DNA from: a virus | Taxonomy: Duplodnaviria > Heunggongvirae > Uroviricota > Caudoviricetes | Virus record (IMG/VR): IMGVR_UViG_2923360383_000002 | Strand: one strand, 5' to 3' | DNA length: 35,428 bases | Shown: positions 27,604 through 35,428 of the stretch, piece by piece | How positions within the stretch are numbered: the stretch's first letter is position 1 | Layout of the letters: each line of letters begins with the position of its first letter | Made by a program: the position numbers and the translations under genes | The notes under the pieces: generated by a model | Databases searched by the model: none | What the model was told of the DNA's origin: nothing | What the model saw: only the letters and a program-made list of their open reading frames with translations

Positions 27604-28653
27604 TTACCCAAGCACGCCGGTTGCAAAGGCGTGATCAAGAAAACGAAAAATTAAATCAACCTGGGAACCATGCTTTTCTTCGAACGCCAGCGGATCCGCA
27701 TGAAGTTCGTTGTGATGTTCCCGGCACAACGGTAGCGTGAAAATATCGTGGGCCTTTGTTCCCATCCCTCCCTGACCGTGACCAATCAGGTGATGGGGAT
27801 CGTCGGCTGGCTGACCACAACACGCACACGGCTGTGTCTTCACCCAGCGCGTATATTTCTCATTTACCCAACGGCGACGTTTAGGTCGCCTCATGAAAGA
27901 TTCCGGAGAGTCCGGATCAACGGCAATGCTGACCACCGCCTTTTCCAGTGGTGGGTTCTGTTGCTGGTGGAAGTGAGGCAACGGCGCAAGATTTTTTGTG
28001 CGCTGCTTTAGTATGCTGGTGGCGGTCTGCTCTCCCGGTACGATGTCGCTTTCGCGGTACACCGCGCGGATTTTTTCCGCACGTAACCCCAGAGAACGAC
28101 GTAATACTGCCTCCGGAAGCGCGTCCGCCACTTGATTGCAGACCGCCCACCAGGATAATTCAGCCAGCGATAACTCCCGCTCCTGCGTGCCATTCATTGC
28201 ATGGCGTATGACGTCAATCATCCATGCTGCCAGGTTTTGTTGAGCAAGTTGCTCAAGTGATTCGGATGTCTGGTCACGCAGCTGGTTATCGCAGTGCCAG
28301 CACAACACCATCGCGCCGGTGCCGTAACGATGTATGACGGTTTCACTGTGATGATAGTCACCATGAGGCCACTGGCAGGATTTGACATGACGCAACAGCC
28401 AGCCAGACAGTGCACCAGCGCCGCCAGCAGCACGAATCACACGCTCATTGCTGAAAAACCGCAGTAATGATTTATCCTCCGCCAGCGGCTGGCGAACGGC
28501 AGGGACGATGCCGGACGGCAGACCACGCATGCTTTTCGGTTCCGGCTCCACCAGCACTCGAGGGTTATGGAATACCTGCATGGATTCACGGCCTGGTTTA
28601 AGGACCACCAGCCCAAGTTCCGGTACCGGAACAGGTCGAAGTAATACCCGCAC
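27604..28653 (-). CDS. DUF968-type protein (Qin YdfU-like) with C-terminal Cys/His HNH-like motif
   Basis: 349 aa; C-terminal QPCACCG...HHLIGHGQGG...CREHHNELH; GTG start with GGAGGT RBS; position upstream of rusA as in Qin/DLP12. Confidence 0.6.
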   Translation of the reverse strand: MRVLLRPVPVPELGLVVLKPGRESMQVFHNPRVLVEPEPKSMRGLPSGIVPAVRQPLAEDKSLLRFFSNERVIRAAGGAGALSGWLLRHVKSCQWPHGDYHHSETVIHRYGTGAMVLCWHCDNQLRDQTSESLEQLAQQNLAAWMIDVIRHAMNGTQERELSLAELSWWAVCNQVADALPEAVLRRSLGLRAEKIRAVYRESDIVPGEQTATSILKQRTKNLAPLPHFHQQQNPPLEKAVVSIAVDPDSPESFMRRPKRRRWVNEKYTRWVKTQPCACCGQPADDPHHLIGHGQGGMGTKAHDIFTLPLCREHHNELHADPLAFEEKHGSQVDLIFRFLDHAFATGVLG

Positions 28654-28654
28654 G

Positions 28655-28933
28655 TTACCTCCAGATGCGTTGCTGGAATGTGCGGGACGGACGCGGTGGG
28701 CGCTCGGAGTACGGCAGCCTGACGTAGATTATCCAGTGACGATAATCGAGGCTGAGGGCTTTCTTAACCTCGTATCCACGCCTGCGGTAACACTGAATTA
28801 TCCATTCAGCCTGCTCTTCAGTGCATGGAGGATGCTGGAACCAGTCTGATTTGAATGCGTGAAAACGCCGTCCGCACCTACTGGCAAAGACGGCAGAATC
28901 ATTAGAATTGTGTAATTTGGTATCGTGCGCCAT
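28655..28933 (-). CDS. Hypothetical protein (about 92 aa from MAHDTKL; track ORF extends to 29062)
   Basis: ORF between hok and the DUF968 gene; start uncertain. Confidence 0.4.
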   Translation of the reverse strand: MAHDTKLHNSNDSAVFASRCGRRFHAFKSDWFQHPPCTEEQAEWIIQCYRRRGYEVKKALSLDYRHWIIYVRLPYSERPPRPSRTFQQRIWR

Positions 28934-29100
28934 CGGTTGTCTCTGCTGGCGCAGCAGGTGCCAGTTGTTCAGGCTGGCGTGCGAATTGTAAACCAGAATG
29001 CCAGGAAAAAACAAAACCCGCCGAAGCGGGTTACGTGCGGGTGCGTTGAGGATGCCTGACACATCAGAGGTGGCGAGGGATTTCTCCCCCGCCAGGTCTC

Positions 29101-29256
29101 TTACTCCTCAGGTTCGTAAGCTGTGAAGACAGCGACCTCCGTCTGGCCGGTTCGGATTCGTACCTCGCAGAGGTCTTTCCTCGTTACCAGTGCCGTCACA
29201 ATGACGGTTAAACAGATGACGATCAGGGCGATTAGCATCGCCTTTTGCTGCTTCAT
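29101..29256 (-). CDS. hokD: Hok/Gef-family type I toxin (HokD/RelF-like, 51 aa)
   Basis: MKQQKAMLIALIVICLTVIVTALVTRKDLCEVRIRTGQTEVAVFTAYEPEE matches HokD; AGGAG RBS; in-frame upstream extension to 29313. Confidence 0.85.
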   Translation of the reverse strand: MKQQKAMLIALIVICLTVIVTALVTRKDLCEVRIRTGQTEVAVFTAYEPEE

Positions 29257-29493
29257 AGCCTGCTTCTCCTTGCCTTTCGGCGCGTAAGAGGCTAACCTAG
29301 ATTTGCCGTTCATAGATTGAGCCTCAGATTAATGTTAAGCGTCTTGCCGGACGCGTAATGTTAACTGGGGCTTTTCTCTATCTGCCTTTCAGTGTTCATG
29401 CCTGAGACAGATAGCCTCAAGCACCCGCAGCCATTCTACTTAACTCACGTCACCTCGCCAATATGAAATCAATCAGAAAGGTGATCCATAAAA

Positions 29494-30180
29494 TCACTCC
29501 TTCTCTTCTTTTCCGTAGTGGAGTTGGCCAATTTTGATAAGAGGGCGTCCCTGAGATTTGCGGTGTAGATTGGTATCGCGCAGAGAATACACACAGCCAC
29601 AATATTCCTGCTGATAGAATTTTTCGCGCTTGCTGATTTCAATCATACGGGACGAGCCGCCCTGCTTGCGCCAGTTATAATCCCAGTACACCATACCCGG
29701 ATAATGCGCAACAGCTCGCCGCCCACACTCGTTAACCTGCTGCATATTTTTCCAGCGTGAAATGCCCAGTGAACTACTGATCACACTGAAACCATTTTCA
29801 GCAGCGTACAACGCTGTCCGCTCAAAACGCATGTCAAAACACATGGTACAACGGATCCCCCTCTCAGGCTCCCATTCCATTCCTTTGGCACGTTCAAACC
29901 AGTTGTCGGTGTCGTAATCAGCATCGATAAACGGCACGCCGTGTTGTTCAGCAAAGCGAATATTTTCATCCTTACGAATTAAATACTCTTTCTGAGGATG
30001 AATGTTCGGGTTGTAGAAAAAGATGGTGTAGTCGATTCCCGAGGCCTGAAGCGCCTCCATCACTTCACCGGAACATGGAGCACAGCAAGAGTGCAGTAGT
30101 AGTTTGTTTGCCCCGTTTGGGAGCTCCAATTTAGGCCGTTTGAAATCAGCAATAGTCATAAATATTTTTATTGGGGTCAT
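29494..30180 (-). CDS. DUF208-family protein (QueH-like, epoxyqueuosine reductase family)
   Basis: N-terminal [11 protein letters not shown] cysteine motif and further Cys residues (CTMCFD, CGCVYS) typical of DUF208/QueH as I recall; unverified. Confidence 0.45.
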   Translation of the reverse strand: MTPIKIFMTIADFKRPKLELPNGANKLLLHSCCAPCSGEVMEALQASGIDYTIFFYNPNIHPQKEYLIRKDENIRFAEQHGVPFIDADYDTDNWFERAKGMEWEPERGIRCTMCFDMRFERTALYAAENGFSVISSSLGISRWKNMQQVNECGRRAVAHYPGMVYWDYNWRKQGGSSRMIEISKREKFYQQEYCGCVYSLRDTNLHRKSQGRPLIKIGQLHYGKEEKE

Positions 30181-30333
30181 GAAAATAGCACAGAGTGTAG
30201 CATCAGAGCAGGGCTATCGGGAATATATGTCTAAATCTGGTAATATCTGGTTTTGACGCAAAGCGGACAACCACGCTGGCTCTACCCTGCGCCATGAAAA
30301 TGTCAATTCACATCTGAACTAATGCTCTTTAAT

Positions 30334-30759
30334 CTAGTAACGTCTAAAATACCTAACATTTCCTTGATAAAATGCCAGTACACGCTGCATAGCTTCGCTC
30401 TTCCGGCACTCGCGACAGATTATGTTCATACGCCTGTCGTAGCGGCGTATTTCGCCGTCTGGTAACGACCAGATAAGGTCCGGATCAACCACTGCAGGTT
30501 TCTTCAGCTTTGCCCTTGAGAGCTTTTTACGGGCATTTTGCCAGTCCTTACGCGCCTGTTCAGACGGGAATAACCCGTAACCAGAGTTGTATACATCGCC
30601 ACTGGCAACCAGTTCTCTGGCCAGAACGCTCATCAGATATCTTGTCGCACCTGTCTTGGCTTCCAGTTGCCGTAACGTCTCGCGCCCACTCCGGCGTACT
30701 AGCTCAACAACCTGCCCTTTAATTTTTTCCCGCTCTTCTTGTGTAAATACTTTTGCCAT
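30334..30759 (-). CDS. Hypothetical protein (141 aa)
   Basis: Start taken at ATG 30759 with GGAGGTG RBS (the track start is a TTG). Confidence 0.45.
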   Translation of the reverse strand: MAKVFTQEEREKIKGQVVELVRRSGRETLRQLEAKTGATRYLMSVLARELVASGDVYNSGYGLFPSEQARKDWQNARKKLSRAKLKKPAVVDPDLIWSLPDGEIRRYDRRMNIICRECRKSEAMQRVLAFYQGNVRYFRRY

Positions 30760-30774
30760 AAGCACCTCCGGCAA

Positions 30775-31545
30775 TCACTTTTCCGATACAACACGGCGGG
30801 AAGAATCAGTAATCTGTCGAACAATATCCCGGTGCTTGTTCAACTCCCGCAGCGCGGCGCAGACTCGCTCCCACTTCTGAACATCACTTTTCGCCCTGCG
30901 CAGCGCCAGGTTTGCCCTGCGAAGGGACGGAAAAATCAGCTCATCTGCTTGCGTTTCGGTAAACGATGGCAACGGCTGCACAATGTCCGCCACAGTTTCT
31001 GTTTTAATTTCTTCCTGTGTTGCGGCTTCCCGGACTGGTAACGCAGCACCTGCTGGCTGAGGAAAGGCCTTACCATCACTTTCCGTTACCAGCGCGGCTT
31101 TCGGCTCTGCTGGTAAATTATCGCCCGGCATGCAGTAACGAAATTTACCGTTCTGATTAACGCGTGCCAGCCGCCCCGTTGCGGTTACCACCGCCAGCGT
31201 GGAAGCAACCTTGCGAGTACTGACACCGAACTTACCCGCCAGTTCCTCACACGTTTTAGCCCCATCCTGACCGATAAACTCAATCATCATGTCTGCGGTA
31301 ACTTTTTGTTCGACCTCCCCGGTCAGCATATCCTGTGCTTCAGATTTTACTGGCCGCTCTTCGGTTACCCGGGATTCACCTTCGCCAGCCAGAAACCAGG
31401 TGTGACCAGTTTTATCAACGACGCCATTTCTTTTGAGTTCCCACAGCTCGTTAACAGCCTCTTCACGACTGATTCCAAGGCGAGCTGCCACCACATGTGA
31501 AGAGGCTTTTTTCAGTGCTTTCAGTGCGTCAGATACGGTTTCCAT
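30775..31545 (-). CDS. Hypothetical protein (256 aa), acidic with N-terminal helix-turn-helix-like region
   Basis: GGAGG RBS; sits between the replication genes and the nin-type region. Confidence 0.5.
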   Translation of the reverse strand: METVSDALKALKKASSHVVAARLGISREEAVNELWELKRNGVVDKTGHTWFLAGEGESRVTEERPVKSEAQDMLTGEVEQKVTADMMIEFIGQDGAKTCEELAGKFGVSTRKVASTLAVVTATGRLARVNQNGKFRYCMPGDNLPAEPKAALVTESDGKAFPQPAGAALPVREAATQEEIKTETVADIVQPLPSFTETQADELIFPSLRRANLALRRAKSDVQKWERVCAALRELNKHRDIVRQITDSSRRVVSEK

Positions 31546-31566
31546 TAAAATTTCCTCCGGACAAAA

Positions 31567-32313
31567 TTACTTCACAACCCTCATATTGCTGACATTTGGA
31601 CGCCAGCTATCCCAGTTAAACGTCACCCATCGACCACCGTTCATGGTCATGCGGTCCATAATCCTCTCACCAAGAAGCGTACTCATTGCGGCATGATTCA
31701 GGTTTGTTAACATCCCGACACTGCACAGTGATGCTGTCCGGCGATCAATTATCTGGTGCAATACCACCTGCTCGTTTTTCGTCTCCCGCTGAACGCCTAT
31801 TTCATCCAGGACCAGCAAATCAACCCCGCAAAGCTCCTGTAAAAATTTTTCCCCGGATTTGCCGTTGTCGTAGCTGTCATGCAACACGCTCATGACGTCA
31901 GACACGGTGACGATAATCACGCTGCGCCCCTTCACCATCAGCCGGTTGCCCATCGCCGCTGCAAGGTGATTTTTCCCGGTGCCGGTTTTACCGCTGAACA
32001 CAAAATTCGTGCACCCGGTCATCAGTTCGTCAGCTATGGATTTGGCCTGGCTCAGCGCGTATTTTTGCCCGTCGTTCTGCACCTGATAATTTGCAAACGA
32101 GCATTTGCTGTGCAGAGGCTGGATGCCCGAACGATTCAGGATTTTTTCCACCCGCAACTGGCGATTCTGGCGGTTAATCTCCTCGCTGCGTTTTCGTCCT
32201 TCAGCAAGTTGCCATTCCCGCCACTCCTCCACCGTCCGGTACGGTGGAACCGACCCCTGTGGTGCAAGTCTGCGAATACGTTCAAGAACCCCAACTGCCG
32301 CAATGTTTTTCAT
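31567..32313 (-). CDS. DnaC/IstB-like replication ATPase (helicase loader; Rac YdaV-like)
   Basis: Walker A GKTGTGKNHLA and Walker B LLVLDEIG; immediately downstream of the initiator gene. Confidence 0.8.
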   Translation of the reverse strand: MKNIAAVGVLERIRRLAPQGSVPPYRTVEEWREWQLAEGRKRSEEINRQNRQLRVEKILNRSGIQPLHSKCSFANYQVQNDGQKYALSQAKSIADELMTGCTNFVFSGKTGTGKNHLAAAMGNRLMVKGRSVIIVTVSDVMSVLHDSYDNGKSGEKFLQELCGVDLLVLDEIGVQRETKNEQVVLHQIIDRRTASLCSVGMLTNLNHAAMSTLLGERIMDRMTMNGGRWVTFNWDSWRPNVSNMRVVK

Positions 32314-32319
32314 GACACG

Positions 32320-33282
32320 TCACCCCCTGAATCCCGGCGGTATTTCAGTGTCCGGTTCAGAAATGTGATTCACGCAACGCTGCGCAGGCGAACGCCCCAG
32401 GCGGATAACCAGTTCATCCCATTTTTCCCGGAGTTTTGCCGGACTCATGATGTTTTTTACCCAGAACGAATCCCGCTGGAGACGCCCAAACATTTCACAA
32501 ATTTGTCTGTGAGTTCTGCCATCCAGCATCCGCATTGTGCGAACGTCATTGGCCCATGCTGTCCAGTTGGGTTCTTTCGGTCTAGTGATCTCGCCATCAT
32601 CGCTGGCCGCCTGCTCGTAAAGACTCACGATTCGTCCCCAGATCCACTGTGCGCACACCAAATCTTCCTGACTTCCCCACTGGCGTTTTTTCGCACTGAA
32701 CACAACCGCGTCAGGGTGTCGGGTTAAAAAATCCTGTTCAGCCGTCTGCGGGTCCGGTTGCGAAGCGTCCGGACAAGAAGATCTTTTATCTGACGGATCA
32801 GGTTTTAATACTGACGGATCGGGGTCAATCATCGCCCCCCTAATCGGCAGTTTTTTATCAACAGTTGATCCATCAAAATTTGACGGGTCAACCGTTGAGG
32901 GGTCAATATTTGACGGGTCAACTGTTAACGGGTCATTTTTTGCCGGGCTAATTTTTCTTTTCGGTTTATATGACTCACGCGCCGCCGCCGCAGCTGCTTC
33001 GAGTTTTTCCACATTAAGCCGATAGATATTGCTTACATTACGCCCACCGACCTTACGCTCTTCCTTCGTCAGCCAGCCCTCTTTCGCCAGTTCTGCAATA
33101 GCCGATTTCACTGTGGATTCACTTCTTGCACCGATCTGACGCCGGATAGTTTCAATGGCAGGCCATGACACGCCCTCGTCATTGCTGTAGTCTGCAAGAC
33201 GGGCCATAACCGCCACCCTGGATAAGATCATGCCGGTGAAGGCGCACCCTTCCCAGACAAGACCATGAAGCTTGCTGCTCAT
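32320..33282 (-). CDS. Replication initiator (O-like / Rac YdaU-like) with N-terminal winged helix and internal repeat peptide
   Basis: Start taken at ATG 33282 with GGGGG RBS; repeated DPSNIDPSTVDPSNFDGSTVD segment is encoded by the iteron DNA. Confidence 0.7.
   Translation of the reverse strand: MSSKLHGLVWEGCAFTGMILSRVAVMARLADYSNDEGVSWPAIETIRRQIGARSESTVKSAIAELAKEGWLTKEERKVGGRNVSNIYRLNVEKLEAAAAAARESYKPKRKISPAKNDPLTVDPSNIDPSTVDPSNFDGSTVDKKLPIRGAMIDPDPSVLKPDPSDKRSSCPDASQPDPQTAEQDFLTRHPDAVVFSAKKRQWGSQEDLVCAQWIWGRIVSLYEQAASDDGEITRPKEPNWTAWANDVRTMRMLDGRTHRQICEMFGRLQRDSFWVKNIMSPAKLREKWDELVIRLGRSPAQRCVNHISEPDTEIPPGFRG
32790..32940. repeat. Iteron-like direct repeats (candidate origin of replication) inside the initiator gene
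   Basis: At least six copies of a TGACGG(A/G)TCA-like unit, followed by an AT-rich stretch at about 32934-32970. Confidence 0.55.
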
Positions 33283-33304
33283 AAAACCCCCGAACACCGT
33301 GCTT

Positions 33305-33730
33305 TTAGTGCATCACCACAGCATTCCCTGCCGGGCCGCCGCGATTCATCTGGTCATACAAAACAACCGCTGACGCAACAAAATCATCGACATCCTTCAC
33401 CAGCCGATCCCTCCGTTCGACGATCTCACGGTAATATTCAGAACTGTGGCTGCGCATACGGGCCACCAGCAAAGGCGGCATCGCCTTTTCGATCGCCGGT
33501 AACAGAGCCTGCATTTTTTCAACAGCATCAGGGGTGTCTTTATCCAGCCAACGGAAAATTTTCTGGGTATTACGGGCCAGGGCTTCCGGATGGCTGTCGT
33601 CATACAGTTCCGGGAACGTCATTCCCAGCTCGAAATACGCTTTGGTAATTTTCGCAGCCGGTACTTTTTCGCCGTCCGGATGCGCCCAGGCATTCATCGC
33701 CATGCGGATGTGTTCATGCTTGATTTTCAT
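33305..33730 (-). CDS. YdaT-like protein (CII-position regulator/toxin family of Rac-type prophages)
   Basis: Starts MKIKHEHI; start overlaps the Cro-like stop (ATGA). Confidence 0.5.
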   Translation of the reverse strand: MKIKHEHIRMAMNAWAHPDGEKVPAAKITKAYFELGMTFPELYDDSHPEALARNTQKIFRWLDKDTPDAVEKMQALLPAIEKAMPPLLVARMRSHSSEYYREIVERRDRLVKDVDDFVASAVVLYDQMNRGGPAGNAVVMH

Positions 33731-33981
33731 GAATCAACTCCCATCAGCTTTTTCGTAGTAGTTTTATTCCTGCCAATAGTTAAAATTGCATCGGCAGAAA
33801 ATAATCCGTTTGATGCAAGAGCGATTTTTTCAGCGTAATTTGTTTCGCCGGTATATTCTGTGCGAGGCAATTTTCCGTTATCCATCCATTTATAGATTGC
33901 TCTTTGGCTGACACCACAAACGTCGGCCACAACAGCAACGCGAACAGTTTTGATTACATCTTCAAGTGTTTTCTGGTTCAT
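33727..33981 (-). CDS. Cro-like / YdaS-like HTH regulator
   Basis: Start ATG 33981 with GAGGGTG RBS (MNQKTLEDV...); HTH-like VCGVSQRAIYKWMDNGKLP; divergent from the repressor gene. Confidence 0.65.
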   Translation of the reverse strand: MNQKTLEDVIKTVRVAVVADVCGVSQRAIYKWMDNGKLPRTEYTGETNYAEKIALASNGLFSADAILTIGRNKTTTKKLMGVDS

Positions 33982-34060
33982 ATCACCCTCACAATGTGAA
34001 CTTTGAGTACATGCTATAACAGAACTGACAGTACATTCAAGAGCGAATATCATTGAACTT
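33982..34060. promoter_or_regulatory. Divergent immunity control region (operators/promoters between Cro-like and repressor genes)
   Basis: 79-bp intergenic region containing two AGTACAT copies. Confidence 0.5.
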
Positions 34061-34480
34061 ATGGTTCATGAAGATAAAGCGCGTAAAGAGTTCGCCAGTA
34101 GGCTTGCGCTAGCCTGTGAAAACGCTGGTTATGAACAACATGGAAGGCAGGCAGAAATTGCCCGTCGAATGAAATTAACACCAAAAGCGGTTAGCAAATG
34201 GTTTAATGGCGAAACAATTCCTCGCCGGGAGAAATTAAGGGAATTAGCAACACTAATAGGAACAACACCAACCTATCTTTTGGGAGAGGATACAGAAGAA
34301 AGTGGACAGGTACGTTTCTATCAGGAGTTAAATCCAAGACAAAAAATCATCATTGACCTTCTGGACGAGCTCCCTGACAGTGAGACAGATGAACTTTTAA
34401 AAACTCTTGAAGAGAAAAAACAGAAGTACAATGCAATTTACGAAGAGTTAGCACGAAAGAAAAAACAAAAAGCCTCTTAA
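34061..34480 (+). CDS. CI-like prophage repressor (XRE-family HTH, RacR-like; no peptidase domain)
   Basis: HTH-like GRQAEIARRMKLTPKAVSKWFNGETIP; divergent from the Cro-like gene. Confidence 0.7.
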   Translation: MVHEDKARKEFASRLALACENAGYEQHGRQAEIARRMKLTPKAVSKWFNGETIPRREKLRELATLIGTTPTYLLGEDTEESGQVRFYQELNPRQKIIIDLLDELPDSETDELLKTLEEKKQKYNAIYEELARKKKQKAS

Positions 34481-34916
34481 ACCAGCATAAATCCGGTAGC
34501 GCCTTCCTCCGGGTTTGTGCTTCACTTTATCCCATCTCATTTTTTTACACACAAAATGTACTAAAAGTACTTTACAAAAATGAACGCAAAGTACATTATA
34601 TACCTGCCACCCACCCCGCCCCACAGAATGCAGGGCAATACTTCGAGTTACCAGGCAGTGGTCAGGGGTTAAGTAGCCAGCCCGAGGCGTAAGAACATGA
34701 CGGCAGGGTTCAACTTTAATAACTATGCAGCAGGTTTTTGTTCCGCTACCCCGGCGTTAAGGGGAAACAGAGGATTTCTCAGTGGGCGAAGTCAAACATC
34801 AGAATGGAAGGCATCCCGGGATCGGCAAAGAAGCAGCAATGGCGCTTTATATTGACATCAGCGCCATTGCCGGACAGGTAAGAATTATCAGAGCGGTAAC
34901 TAAGCGGTATGCGCCT

Positions 34917-35117
34917 TTACTTCAGAAAGTCTCTGGTGAGTGCACCGAAGATATTGTCAACGATTTCGTCATCGAACTGCGAGGACTCATCTTCAGTTAC
35001 AAGGTGACCACAATTTTTGCAGATGGCTCCCGCGAAACTGTCAGAGCCCTGCGGCTTAAAGGATGTGTCAAAGACTTCGCCACCACATTCTGGGCAAGAA
35101 AACTTGATTGTACTCAT
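34917..35117 (-). CDS. Small zinc-ribbon protein (about 66 aa)
   Basis: CPECGG...CKNCG motif; ATG at 35117 with GAGAGGAAA RBS. Confidence 0.45.
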   Translation of the reverse strand: MSTIKFSCPECGGEVFDTSFKPQGSDSFAGAICKNCGHLVTEDESSQFDDEIVDNIFGALTRDFLK

Positions 35118-35209
35118 AACCAATTTCCTCTCGAGTAACAGACCCCTCAGAGGATACCACCTCGCCTGACGTGGTTAAAAGCAGGCAACGCTAACCACAA
35201 GGAGCCGAC

Positions 35210-35428
35210 ATGCAGAAACGAGAACCCGTCATCATCGCGCCAGACTATACCGATGATGAACTTTATGAGTGGATGCGCCAGAAAATTAATGCAGCGCAGG
35301 ATCTGAAATGGGCCAATGAAGCCAGGGCTAAGCAGGCTGAAAATCTGTCCGCTCTGGAGCAGGATATCACCAATCTGGAAAAAGCAGCGGCATTAAGCAT
35401 TGCCAGAATGATTACATACCCGCGTTAA
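35210..35428 (+). CDS. Hypothetical protein (72 aa)
   Basis: Complete ORF ending at the window edge, preceded by AAGGAG; no family recognised. Confidence 0.35.
   Translation: MQKREPVIIAPDYTDDELYEWMRQKINAAQDLKWANEARAKQAENLSALEQDITNLEKAAALSIARMITYPR

Noticed and set aside
32790-32940. Possible CRISPR array
   Set aside because: Repeats are short (about 10 bp), irregularly spaced, lie inside a coding sequence and lack spacer structure; they fit replication-origin iterons instead.
34782-35138. 118-aa plus-strand ORF starting with GTG
   Set aside because: Overlaps the minus-strand zinc-ribbon ORF, which has a recognisable CxxC...CxxC motif and an ATG with RBS; the plus ORF is more likely spurious, though unresolved.

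Overview
This 35.4-kb window is almost entirely one mosaic lambdoid prophage, transcribed mainly on the minus strand; neither prophage end (integrase, att) is in the window. Reading from high to low coordinates: a Rac-like immunity/replication module (CI-like repressor on +, Cro-like, YdaT-like, O-like initiator with internal iterons, DnaC-like loader); a nin-type region (Hok toxin, DUF208/QueH-like protein, DUF968 protein, RusA, Q antiterminator); an AT-rich plus-strand three-gene island; a four-tRNA cluster; a phage-21-type lysis cassette (pinholin, an extra 116-aa ORF, SAR endolysin, Rz/Rz1); HK97-type packaging and head genes; and lambda-type tail genes (G/GT chaperone with a -1 frameshift, tape measure, M, L, K, I, J, Lom, Stf). 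The strongest candidate for an undescribed system is the plus-strand operon at 25278-26826: a 293-aa soluble protein plus two small membrane proteins, antisense to the phage genes in the Q-to-lysis cargo hotspot, which I cannot assign to any family. All calls come from reading the supplied translations and the nucleotide sequence; no database search or computation was run, and family names are from recollection.
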